DNA of 64,000 nt from an uncultured delta proteobacterium (lineage in GTDB: Bacteria; Desulfobacterota; Zymogenia; Zymogenales; Zymogenaceae): NCBI GenBank assembly GCA_963735595.1, contig CAVTLK010000005.1, positions 256,001 through 320,000 on the forward strand, written 5' to 3'. A model generated the notes under the pieces. The model saw nothing but the letters and a program-made list of their open reading frames with translations, made no database searches and was not told the origin of the DNA. Of this stretch, positions 41,759 to 51,851 are shown piece by piece (positions within the stretch are counted from its first letter, which is position 1; each line of letters starts with the position of its first letter). A program made the translations under genes and the position numbers.

Positions 41759-42298
41759 ATGTATACCGTGTTTTCCATGGAATTCATTAGTTGTATTAAT
41801 CCTACAAGAGACTTCTTCTTTAAGTATCGTGAGTGTTTTTATGTCCTTTTCGCAATTCTGGGCTTTGTTTATAGTGTTATTGTGCCAAATTACCACATCA
41901 AAAAAATAATTAGCAAACTACACAAAAATAGTGATTCAGGCTTTAATACTTCATCAACGAGCGAATACTTGGGTTTCGTTGAGAGGGCGCTTTTCACCCT
42001 CGTTTTTTTTATCCAGAAATTTGAATTAATCGTCGCCTGGTTTGTAATAAAGACGGCGATAAATGTTATTTATGATTATAAGAGCGCAGGACCGGAAAGT
42101 ATTAGAAGAAGTTACAATATATTCCTAATTGGAACGCTAATAAACGTATTTTACGGATTTGTTGGTTCTAAAATTATTACGTGGGGTTCATTAATAGTGA
42201 GCGGACAACCGATCTTACTACTGAAGTTCTTTATTATACCAATAGTACTGTTTATTCTGACGTGTATCATGTGCTGTAGGATTAAGGAGAAAACGTGA
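41759..42298 (+). CDS. AT-rich hypothetical membrane protein
   Basis: GGAGG RBS; several TM segments; YLGFVER..AWFVIKT..FLIGTL resembles the C-terminal part of DUF3307-like proteins; much lower GC than its flanks. Confidence 0.7.
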   Translation: MYTVFSMEFISCINPTRDFFFKYRECFYVLFAILGFVYSVIVPNYHIKKIISKLHKNSDSGFNTSSTSEYLGFVERALFTLVFFIQKFELIVAWFVIKTAINVIYDYKSAGPESIRRSYNIFLIGTLINVFYGFVGSKIITWGSLIVSGQPILLLKFFIIPIVLFILTCIMCCRIKEKT

Positions 42299-42362
42299 GG
42301 AACCGGGAAAAGAGAGCTGTGAATCATTCTTAATTGAGACTACTTGCTTATAAGAACGTCAA

Positions 42363-42896
42363 ATGCGCATCGTCGTCATATCCGACACCCACGGCAACCT
42401 CGACGGGGCGTCGCTCATCCTCTCGACGGTGGCCGCCGTTGACCTCGTTATCCATCTCGGCGACCACATCGCCGATATCTGGGCGCTGGCGGCTGACCTC
42501 CCGTGCCCCGTGGTGGGGGTTCTGGGAAACGAGGACCGGGCCGAGCCGGGGCCGAACGAACTGGTAATCCCTGCCGCGGGCCTTGAACTCCTTGCCGTCC
42601 ACGGCCACCTGTTTGACCTGAACCCCTATTTGCCGAAGGAGACCTGGGAGAGCCGCATGGACGGGCTGGCCGAGGCGGCAAGACGCCACGGCGCGGCGGC
42701 CGTCCTCTTCGGGCATACTCACCGGCCGCACCTGGAAGAGCGGGGCGGGGTCCTGCTGGTCAATCCCGGGGATATCTACCCCGGCGCCGATCATTCGTCG
42801 CTTGCCGTCCTGACGGTGACCGGCGGCACAATCACCGCCGAAATCCACCGGTTCGACCGGAAGTTCAACCGGGAGGTGTTGTATAAAACACCGTGA
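42363..42896 (+). CDS. YfcE/MJ0936 family metallophosphoesterase
   Basis: ISDTHG, HLGD, GNED, HGH, FGHTH, NPG. Confidence 0.92.
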   Translation: MRIVVISDTHGNLDGASLILSTVAAVDLVIHLGDHIADIWALAADLPCPVVGVLGNEDRAEPGPNELVIPAAGLELLAVHGHLFDLNPYLPKETWESRMDGLAEAARRHGAAAVLFGHTHRPHLEERGGVLLVNPGDIYPGADHSSLAVLTVTGGTITAEIHRFDRKFNREVLYKTP

Positions 42897-42901
42897 TGTG
42901 T

Positions 42902-43093
42902 CGTCATTGCAAGGAGGCCGAAAACAGCGTGCTTCGCTCCGCTCGCAATGGGCTAAACCAATCCCCTGATTACTGGGCAGACAGTCGAGGTTGCCACGGG
43001 CGCTATCGCGCCCTCGCAATGACAATAATAATCGCCGCCGGAGGCGGCACGGTTAAAAGTTGCCACGCCCCCTAACGGGGGCTCGCAATGACG
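42902..43093. repeat. CGTC-tagged REP cluster (one forward, two reverse arms)
   Basis: CGTCATTGCAAGGAG (42902); TTGCCACG..CTCGCAATGAC (42991-43023 and 43060-43092); the last is near-identical to 24727-24758. Confidence 0.82.
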
Positions 43094-43113
43094 TGAGAGG
43101 GGTGGCGCGGCAA

Positions 43114-43752
43114 ATGGCAGAAAACAACGTATACCGGCGCTCTCGCGCGATCTCTCAGTTCCTCTTCTTACTCTTCCTGGCCTCCTGCGCCCCCGGTCCC
43201 TATCTCGTCTACTCCCCGCGTGACTCCTCGTTTGTCCCTCTTGCCTCGTCCTTCACTCCTCCGTCCGCGGTTGTCTCCGGCCTTCCGCCCGTCCCCGAAA
43301 CCTGGGAGGTTGTGGACGCCGCGGTTGCCGACGTCACCGGCGACGGCACGCCCGAGTGGGTGCTTGCCGTCCGCCGCCCCTGGCGAGACTGGCCGATTGT
43401 GACCTGGCACGGCGGGGAGAGCCCCATCGCGGAGTTCAGAGACCGGCAGGGCAAAAGCTCTCATCTGGTCCTCCTTACCCCGGAGGGACGCGAGATATGG
43501 GCCGGCTCGGCCCTGCCGCTGCCTATCAGGGAGCTTGCCGCCGGTGACATCGATGGGGACGGGGCGGCCGAGGTTGTGACGCTGGAGGCCGAATATACCG
43601 ATCATCCCCGCCGCCCGGCCCGCCGGATCGACGTCTGGCGGTGGGACTGCTTCGGCTTCGTCCTTATCCACCGCTCCGGGCAGGCGCGCTTGCGGGAACT
43701 CTACTTGTACGATCAGGATGCCGATGGTATACTTGATATCATTATTCGATAA
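43114..43752 (+). CDS. hypothetical lipoprotein with FG-GAP-like DxxGDG motifs
   Basis: FLASC lipobox; ADVTGDGTPE, GDIDGDGAAE, DQDADGILD. Confidence 0.7.
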   Translation: MAENNVYRRSRAISQFLFLLFLASCAPGPYLVYSPRDSSFVPLASSFTPPSAVVSGLPPVPETWEVVDAAVADVTGDGTPEWVLAVRRPWRDWPIVTWHGGESPIAEFRDRQGKSSHLVLLTPEGREIWAGSALPLPIRELAAGDIDGDGAAEVVTLEAEYTDHPRRPARRIDVWRWDCFGFVLIHRSGQARLRELYLYDQDADGILDIIIR

Positions 43753-43768
43753 GAGACAGGGGGGTATC

Positions 43769-45854
43769 ATGAAAATGGATCACAGCATCTGGGGCCTGGT
43801 AGCGATTTCGGTCATCATCGGATCACTCGTCTTCGGCCTCGCAGTGCCGGTTGCCGAAGAGACGAAGACCCCGTTTTCTTCATATACACAGATCCCCGTC
43901 AATTTGCCCGCTTCCTACACGGGGTACGGGCTCCCGATCGACCGGGGCGATATCGCCAACCTGGGCCATTATACGCTTACCGAGGCAAAGGTATCAGCGC
44001 TCCTGAAGAACGGGTTTTTCGTAACGCCGGGGGCGTACAAGGAGTTCTTCCATCTCTACAATGAGGCCCCCTACAGCCAGAACCCCCCGTTCATCACCAC
44101 CGACTCCATGCTCCACGTCTTTCACCTCATCTTCGATAAGGTCCTGCGGGACCTGGAGCGCGAGCGCTTCTCGCCCGACCTGATCGCCCTCACGACGGCC
44201 TGCCGAAAAGAGGCCGAGGGCACGTATCGGACGCTCGCGGGCACGGCGATGGCCGAACCCGCCCGGCGGGTTCTGGCCTATTTTTCCACGGCCGAGAGCC
44301 TGCTGGTCGCCCGGCGCGCCGGTACCGGCGGAGGTGGCGGGGCTCGTCAAGGGAGAGCTCGCGCTCATCAACGGGGCCGCGGGCTTCGAGGAGAGCGTGA
44401 TCTTCCCGGAACTGGTCGAGGACTGGTCCCAGTATATCCCCCGCGGCCACTATACACAGAGCGATACCCTCCAACGATATTTCAGGGCGATGATGTACTA
44501 CGGGCGCATCACGTTTCGGCTCAAGGACAGGACCGAGACCGAATCGGCGCTGCTGGTCACCTACATCCTGACCCACGCGAAGGCCGCCGACGGTACGGCA
44601 GCATCCACGCTCTGGGAGAGGATATACGAGCCGACGTCGTTTTTCGTCGGCGGCTCGGACGACCCGTCGTTCAAGGAGTATACGGCCGTCGCCGACCGGG
44701 TCTTCGGCGCGGATGCCGCGCCTGTGAAATTCGCCGATGACGCGCTCCTGACCCAATTCATCGGCGAGGCCGCGAAGCTGCCCGCCCCGCGGATCAACTC
44801 GATGTGGGTGACGATTTTTGAGGACGAGGAGGAGGCCACCCGGGGATTCCGGTTCATGGGCAGCCGGTTTGTGATCGACGCCTTCATCTTCGAAAACCTG
44901 ATCTGGCGGCGCGTGGGGACGATGGATAACCCCCGCATGCTCCCCTCGCCGCTGGACGTGATGGCGGCGATGGGGTCGGCCGAGGCATACGCCATCCTCG
45001 ATAAAAAGGGGGAAACCGCGTACAAGAATTATCCCGAAAACATGGAGCGGATGAAGTCCGCCATCGCGGCGCTGTCGGCCCAGGAATGGACGCGCACCCT
45101 CTATTCGGCCTGGCTCTATGCGCTGATGCCGCTCCTTGAGGCAAAAGACGCCCGCTACCCCGCCTTCATGCGGACCACGCCCTGGGCGACCAAGAGCCTC
45201 AACTCGGCGGTCGGTTCCTATACCGAGCTGAAGCACGATACGATCCTCTACGCCAAGCAGGTCATGGCCGAGGCCGGGGGGGAGATGATCGAGCCGCTGA
45301 AGGGCTTTGTGGAGCCCGAGCCGCTGGTCTATTCCCGGCTGCTGTCGCTGGTGCGGATGATGAAGCAGGGGCTCGAAGGCAGGGGGATGCTGTCCGAAGA
45401 CCACGCGCGGATGATGGAAAACCTCGACAGCGACGTATCGTTTCTCCTGGACGTGTCGGTCAAGGAGCTGAACCGCCAGCCACTGGACGAGGCGGCCAAC
45501 GACCGGCTGATGTACTGGGGGGAGCACCTGGAATGGCTGACGCTGTCGGCCGCCGATACCGACGGGGAGGGGAGGCCCTATTTTGAGGATACGGACGCGG
45601 CGCTGGTGGCCGACGTTGCCACCGATCCCAACGGGGCGGTGCTCGAGCTTGCCATCGGCAGGATAAACGAGATCTACGTCGTGGTTCCGGACGGGACGGG
45701 CAAGCTGATGGTTACCCGGGGCGGGGTCTTCTCCACCTACGAGTTCACGGTGCCGCTGGCAGCCCGGATGACCGACGAGGCCTGGAAGGCGAGGCTGGCC
45801 GACGGCACGGCCCCGGTCGCGCCTGAATGGACGGGGGAGTTTATCGTCAGGTAG
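43769..45854 (+). CDS. DUF3160 domain-containing secreted protein; frameshift near 44310
   Basis: LLKNGFFV, PFITTDSMLHVFH, DWSQYIPRGHYT, YFRAMMYYGR, SYTELKHDTILYAKQ, GGVFSTYEF. Confidence 0.88.
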
Positions 45855-45970
45855 GGTTCAGACAAGACGCAAACGGGCGGCCATTTCGACGGACGAAGTG
45901 GCCGCCCGTATCTTTATACATTCTGAGGCTCTGTAGGCGGCACCGCCTGTTCAAACACGTATCACACTAA

Positions 45971-47325
45971 CTACTGCCCGCTGATATCCAGCCCTTCCAC
46001 CAACAGCGACGGGGCGCCGACACCCCCGAAGAACCGGAGGTCGCTGCCCACGCGCACGACCCGGTCGAAGAGAGACACGAGGTCGCCGGCCACGGCGCCC
46101 TCCTTGAACGCGTATTTCTTCGTACCGTTTTCGCAGACAAACCCCACGGCGCCCACGGAAAACTCCCCGGTCACGGGGTTTGCCGTATGCACCCCCATCA
46201 GCTCGGTGATGACCACGCCCGGCCCGGCCTCCTTCAGGAGATCTTCGGGCGCGGCCTTACCCGGGAGGACGAAGAGGTTGGCCGTGCCCGGCGCGGGCGG
46301 GGAGGCAATCCCGTCTCTCCCGGAGCATCCCGTCGGCGGTTTTTTAGCCCGGTGCGCCGATAACAGGTCGTAGAGGAAGCCGCCGAGGATTCCGTCCTTC
46401 ACCAGCTCAATGCGCCGGCGGGCTACCCCCTCGTCATCGATGGGGGCGCTGGCGACCCCTCCCCTCAAGATGCCGTCGTCGACGACGGTGATGAGCGGCG
46501 AGAATATCCGCGAATTTTCCTTGCCGGCCAGCACCGTTTTTCCCTTGAGGACGTTTTCGGCCAGGAACGACGACGCGAGGACGCCGAGGAGCTCGGCGGC
46601 CACTTCGCTGGTCAGGAGCGCCGGGAACCGGCCCGTCGGGGCCGGGCGGGCGCCGAGGCGTTCGACCGCGATAATCCCCGCGCGCCTTCCCACGAGCGTC
46701 GGGTCAAGCCCGGCATAGGTGATCGAGTAGTCGCCGTCGTATCCCATCTCCTGGTCGCCCCCTTCTTCGGCCGTCGCCATGACCTGGGCGGTGACGACGC
46801 TCTTCTTATAGCCCGCCGAAAGGCCGAGGGAATTCATGATGTAGACCTCGGATACCGACTCGGCATAGTGGGCGCCGCGCACGCGGACCACCCGGGGGTC
46901 GGCCGAAAGCGCGCCCTCCTCCACGGCCAGCGCCCGCTGATTTTTTCCGCCAATGGTATACCGAATCGATCGTCTCGTCGCAGAGGGGGCCCGTTTCGGG
47001 AAGGCGGTCCGTCGGCTCGGCGAACGCGTAGTGCTCGTCGGGGGTGGAGTGGCGGGCTCCCTCGAAGGCGGCGGCGACCATGAGTTCTACGGCGGCCTCA
47101 TCGGGCCGGGTCGAAAACGAAAACCCCATGCCGCCCCCGGCGATGATCCGCAGCGCCACGCCGTAGGGTTCGGCAAACCGGTAATCCTCGACCGCGCCTT
47201 TCTCGGCCTCGATCGAGAGGCGCCGCGACGCGCTGTAGAAGACCTCATAGCAGGTCGACCTGCCGTTTCTTGAGGGCCGTAACGATGGATTGGGAGATAC
47301 GGCCGAAGTTCTGTTTGTGATCCAT
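45971..47325 (-). CDS. pmbA: TldD/PmbA family protein (PmbA/TldE-like); indels at ~47255 and ~46950
   Basis: ALRII..GMGFSFS, DDEGV, MGVHTANPVTGEFSVGA, APSLLVEGLDISG; no HExxH seen. Confidence 0.85.
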
Positions 47326-47548
47326 TGAGGACCCCTCTCGTAAATACCAGGACGCGATCATATCAGAGGCGACGCGGCCTGTCAAATGGATGGTCTTACG
47401 TCCCCGGTTGATTCCGGTTGCCGCGCCGGGCCGTTTCGGGTATACTGTCGTTTCTGCGTCATTTTGTCGGTGCGGGCGCCGAGGACCGATTCGAAACACG
47501 GTCGTTTCCGTCGGCGGATGCTTTCTCAGGACTACATAAACAACTCCA

Positions 47549-48253
47549 ATGCGTACCATGCCGAATCGCCGGACCGTCCAAGCCCTCTTCGCCCAGATCG
47601 CGGGCCGCTACGACCTGCTCAACCATGTCCTGTCCTGTTCAATTGACCGGCTCTGGCGCCGGCGGCTCGTCAAACTGGCCGCGGCGCATGGCGATATCCG
47701 CTCGGTCCTCGATGTATGCTGCGGCACCGGCGATATTGCCCTGGCTTTTCGACGGGCCGGCCGCGCGCGGGTTATCGGTATCGATTTTTCGCGGGAAATG
47801 CTCTCGGTGGCGGCACAAAAAGCAAAAGACCGGCGCGCCGGCGGGGGTATCGACCTTATCTGCGCGGACGCGACGGCGCTCCCGGTTGGCGACGGCGCCT
47901 TTGACGTCGTGACGATGGGCTTCGGGCTGAGGAACCTTGCCGACTACCGCGCGGGGATAGCAGAGGCGGCCCGGGCCGTGAGGCCGGGGGGCAGGGTACT
48001 GATACTCGAGTTCGCACCGCCCAAAAACAGCGGCGTCCTGTTTTTCTACCGCCTCTATCTGCGGTTCGCGATCCCGATCATCGGGGGGCTATTGACCGGC
48101 AGGCGGTCGGCCTATGAACACCTGTCGGATACCATAGCGGGTTTTTTAGAGCCCCGTGAGGTTACGGGGATGATGGCGGACTGCGGCCTGAGAAATACTG
48201 ATGCTATCCGGTTGACCGGAGGGATTGCATATATATATAATGGGGAAAAGTAA
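47549..48253 (+). CDS. ubiE: UbiE/MenG menaquinone biosynthesis methyltransferase
   Basis: FAQIAGRYDLLNHVLS..DRLWRR, LDVCCGTGD, GFGLRN, PGGRVLILEF. Confidence 0.93.
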   Translation: MRTMPNRRTVQALFAQIAGRYDLLNHVLSCSIDRLWRRRLVKLAAAHGDIRSVLDVCCGTGDIALAFRRAGRARVIGIDFSREMLSVAAQKAKDRRAGGGIDLICADATALPVGDGAFDVVTMGFGLRNLADYRAGIAEAARAVRPGGRVLILEFAPPKNSGVLFFYRLYLRFAIPIIGGLLTGRRSAYEHLSDTIAGFLEPREVTGMMADCGLRNTDAIRLTGGIAYIYNGEK

Positions 48254-48328
48254 CATTGCAGGTTTCCTTTTTATTGCGGAAATAGTATAATACCCTTGTT
48301 TATAGGAATTCGGATCATCGGAAGAGAT

Positions 48329-48949
48329 ATGGATTGTTTATTGAAAACGGATGCAAATACGGTGACGATAGTTGCATCGTTTGTATCTTTGGTCATTGGC
48401 GTGATCGCCTCGTATTTATTCTATAAACTCAGCAAACCCGGTAGGAATACAAAAGCGTATAAACTATTGAGGGGGTTTAGCAGTTTCCTGGGCGACCCAC
48501 TCGGGGAATATTACTTTACCAGCTCAAAGGAATATAACTATAGAGTTGCGAAATACATCTACGAAAACGCCGATGGGCAGATAATCGCAACCTCCTTCAA
48601 TGAAGACCCCTCGGAATATGGGAAGAATGATCTATCGATATCTATCAAAGATAAGACTAACTTCACCAGGCTCACAAACGGAGAGGTCTGCGACAAGGAA
48701 TCGGAAAAGAGAGTTAAAAATAGTATATCGCGATTCCTCAAGGGAAGTTCCTTCGTGGTCATCCCGAAAGGTCTATCGTATACCCGAATTGATGGTATAT
48801 TCTGCAAGTTCGGAGACGGTAGTTACTTAACCTTTTTCGCTTTCCGAGATCCCGAGGACACTCAGAAGAACAAAGGTGTCATTTTTCGCAACGGCATTGC
48901 GGAGAGCTACTTCGACTATTATGAAAAACTTATTGAACAGTATAAATAA
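48329..48949 (+). CDS. AT-rich hypothetical protein with an N-terminal TM helix
   Basis: intact 206-aa ORF, lower GC than its neighbours, TATAAT upstream. Confidence 0.7.
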   Translation: MDCLLKTDANTVTIVASFVSLVIGVIASYLFYKLSKPGRNTKAYKLLRGFSSFLGDPLGEYYFTSSKEYNYRVAKYIYENADGQIIATSFNEDPSEYGKNDLSISIKDKTNFTRLTNGEVCDKESEKRVKNSISRFLKGSSFVVIPKGLSYTRIDGIFCKFGDGSYLTFFAFRDPEDTQKNKGVIFRNGIAESYFDYYEKLIEQYK

Positions 48950-49159
48950 GCACTCCTTTTCCCCGTCGCCGTTATCACAGATTCGATCGCCCCAGACCTA
49001 ATCCGCCTCAGACAGGGTCGTACGGTGGGGTCTTATGGCCGGCGCTACGGCCGGCGTAATTGCGATCAAAACCTCCGACGAAGCCCATCGAAAAATTTGT
49101 TATTGACTGGCCGGCCCATTGTGCTACAATAATACCCCCCACAAACAAACGGCACGACT

Positions 49160-50314
49160 ATGGATGTACGCCTGCAGCAAAAGCAGGAAGAGCGCCTGCC
49201 GGTCGGCACCATCCTCTGGAAGCGGAGGCTTTCGGAGGGGGTGTCCAACCCGATGGCGATCGTCGACCGATATCTGATCCTCGAATCGGAGGGATACCTC
49301 TACGCGTTCAACGCGGTCAACGGCACGATGGCCGACGAAGCCGAATACAGCCAGCGGATGAAGGGAAGGGACGCCCATTATTTTTCCTTCTCCGGCCTGG
49401 CCTCTTCGGAGTTCGCGCCTGCCGACGACACGGCCCAGGCCCACCGGCCGGCGATAAACCGGATATGGGACCTGGCCTCCAGCCGGCAGATATACACGAA
49501 AAACAGCGGTATCGCCGGCGCCCCTCTTATGATCGGCGACAGGGTCTTCTTCGGGTTCGTTAACGAGTGGGGCCGGACGTCCGTGATCGCGTTTGACCTG
49601 GCGCGGCGGCGCGTTGTGTGGGAACGGGAGATGGATGGGCATCGAATCATCCTGAAGTTTCCCCCCGTATCCGACGGCGAAAAGATTTACTTCAGGACGC
49701 TCTCCCACCTCGTTGCAGTTTGGGCGGTTGACGGGCGCACCGCGTGGATTACAAAGCTGACCGGTAAGGAGAAAGAAGAGGGATACCGGGACGTCATCTA
49801 TTTTTCGGCGCCGTTGATTCATGACGGGACGGTCTACCTCCTCAGAGACGAATACCTCATCCCTTATAGAACCAAGAACGGGCAGACCCATTACAACTCA
49901 TGGCGCCGGTACCTGGGCTCTATCGGGCTCAACGCGGTGGAGGCCGCGTCGGTCCCGATCGTTTCGAGGGGCACCATGTATACTGCGGGGGGGCTCACTT
50001 TCGTCAACGGGAACATACGGACGGCTTCCGGAGACCCCGGCGGGTACTCGCGTATTGCGGCGGTCGACCTTTCCGAAAAACGGACCCTCTGGGAGGCGGA
50101 TATTGACAGGATGAATATCCGTAAGGTGGTACTCGCCGGGAAGTTCCTGATTATTGCCGACAATCATGGCTGGGTACAATGCCTCTCGTCGGCAACCGGA
50201 AGGTCGCTCTGGTGTATTGAGCTTGAGGGCGGAATATGGATCAATCCGGTCGTCTACTTCGGGAGGGTCTTCTTCGGGACGGATCAAGGCTGGCTCTACT
50301 GCATTGCCCTGTAG
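49160..50314 (+). CDS. PQQ-binding-like beta-propeller repeat protein
   Basis: repeated G.LYA...G..W, GAPLM, SAPLIHDGTVY, NPVVYFGRVFFGT..GWLYC. Confidence 0.8.
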   Translation: MDVRLQQKQEERLPVGTILWKRRLSEGVSNPMAIVDRYLILESEGYLYAFNAVNGTMADEAEYSQRMKGRDAHYFSFSGLASSEFAPADDTAQAHRPAINRIWDLASSRQIYTKNSGIAGAPLMIGDRVFFGFVNEWGRTSVIAFDLARRRVVWEREMDGHRIILKFPPVSDGEKIYFRTLSHLVAVWAVDGRTAWITKLTGKEKEEGYRDVIYFSAPLIHDGTVYLLRDEYLIPYRTKNGQTHYNSWRRYLGSIGLNAVEAASVPIVSRGTMYTAGGLTFVNGNIRTASGDPGGYSRIAAVDLSEKRTLWEADIDRMNIRKVVLAGKFLIIADNHGWVQCLSSATGRSLWCIELEGGIWINPVVYFGRVFFGTDQGWLYCIAL

Positions 50315-50491
50315 ATCTCCTCGGCCCCGGGCGCTCTTCCCGGTTTATGAGGATCATGACCTTCGTAACCCCTTTCTCTCGTAAATCCTCTTCGACGCCT
50401 TTGCCGAATGTGACCGGTATCATAGAATTTGAATCAGAAAGGGGCTACTATCATCATAGAGGTATGCAGTAATGCGAAAGGAGGCACGGGT

Positions 50492-51049
50492 ATGACGGTT
50501 TTAATGAAGACAAAAGGCATTGTTGTCATCCTCGGCGTGCTCTCCCTGTTGGTTTCCGGCTGTTACTACGGCAGGGGGCTCACGTATGCCGAGGGTGGGA
50601 CCCTTATGGGCGCGCTCTACGGTGCGGGATTGGGAGCCGCGATCGGCTCCGCGACCGGGCATGCCGGGGAGGGCGCGGGAATCGGCGCACTGGCGGGTTC
50701 TCTGATCGGCGGCGCCATCGGGTACGGCATGGAAGGCCCGTACCGAGACGGATACTCAGATCGGCACAATGACCCCTATTACAATGACCCCTATTATGAT
50801 GATCCTTACTATGGGCGTAATTACGACCCTTACTCCCGGCACCCGGATTACCGTGGGGACCGCGGCGCCCCGCCGGCTTACGATCCGTACTATCGGCAGG
50901 ATCCCGCGTACGATACGGGCGGTTACGATCCGATTCCCTATGAGGACGATACGTACGACTCGGCGGATACCGGCACGCCGGTATATTCCGAGGAGTATTA
51001 TCAGAAACAGAATCGGAGAGTAATGTCCCCCGGTTACGACACGCAGTAA
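50492..51049 (+). CDS. glycine-zipper lipoprotein with Tyr/Asp/Pro-rich tail
   Basis: LVSGC lipobox, GAGLGAAIG..GAGIGALAGSLIGGAIG, DPYY repeats; GGAGG RBS. Confidence 0.8.
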   Translation: MTVLMKTKGIVVILGVLSLLVSGCYYGRGLTYAEGGTLMGALYGAGLGAAIGSATGHAGEGAGIGALAGSLIGGAIGYGMEGPYRDGYSDRHNDPYYNDPYYDDPYYGRNYDPYSRHPDYRGDRGAPPAYDPYYRQDPAYDTGGYDPIPYEDDTYDSADTGTPVYSEEYYQKQNRRVMSPGYDTQ

Positions 51050-51077
51050 TACTTTTAAAAACAAGGAGGAAATCGCC

Positions 51078-51731
51078 ATGAACTGGATATATGTTAATAA
51101 GAAACGTTTCTCGCTTTGGACACTGGGGACCGTGCTGGTCTTCCTGGTGGCCTCATGTGCCCCCGGAGGCGGGCTTACCAAGACCGGCAGCGGCGTTTTG
51201 ATCGGCACCGTCGTCGGCGCGGGGTTGGGGGCGGCTATCGGCTCCACGACCGGGCACACCGGCGAAGGGGCGGCCATCGGCGCGGTGAGCGGGGCGTTGG
51301 TCGGCGGCGTTATCGGGTACGCCCTCGAAAAGCAGGAGCAGGACCTGAAGAACATGGGATACGAAACATCCCGTAACGGCGACCGCGTTACCGCTTATTT
51401 CCCGAACGATACCCTGTTTGCCACGGGCAGTTCCGAGTTGATGCCCGGAGCCTACGCCGAGCTGCAGCGGGTGGCCGGCGTCATCAACAGCGATCCGGGC
51501 ACCTCGGTAATCGTCGAAGGACATACCGACAGCGACGGAACCCGGGAATACAACCAGGTCCTTTCGGAGCGGCGCGCCAATGCAGTCAGGACCGCCCTGA
51601 TCTCGTACGGTGTCGATCCGCGGAGGATCACCGCATACGGCTACGGCGAAGACCGCCCGCTGGTCCCCAACGATACCGGCTATAACAAACAGCGCAACCG
51701 CCGCGTGGAGGTTGTGTTAATTGCCCGGTAA
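51078..51731 (+). CDS. OmpA family lipoprotein with glycine zipper
   Basis: LVASC; LFATGSSEL, VEGHTDSDG, NQVLSERRANAV, GYGE..P, NRRVEV. Confidence 0.94.
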   Translation: MNWIYVNKKRFSLWTLGTVLVFLVASCAPGGGLTKTGSGVLIGTVVGAGLGAAIGSTTGHTGEGAAIGAVSGALVGGVIGYALEKQEQDLKNMGYETSRNGDRVTAYFPNDTLFATGSSELMPGAYAELQRVAGVINSDPGTSVIVEGHTDSDGTREYNQVLSERRANAVRTALISYGVDPRRITAYGYGEDRPLVPNDTGYNKQRNRRVEVVLIAR

Positions 51732-51756
51732 GTGCCGCTTTCACCAGTCAACAATC

Positions 51757-51786
51757 AGGCCCCGCAGCGTCGCGGGGCCTTTTTTT
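51757..51786 (+). terminator. rho-independent terminator
   Basis: AGGCCCCGC-6-GCGGGGCCT plus T tract. Confidence 0.8.
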
Positions 51787-51851
51787 GGTTTCGGAGAGGT
51801 ATCCTTTGTAGTATATATAAATATAGTATCCGACCGATGGTGAGGTAATCG

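Noticed and set aside
42299..42362. Integron attC sites after the AT-rich orphans (also after 48949)
   Set aside because: No RYYYAAC..GTTRRRY bounded palindrome and no integrase in the window.
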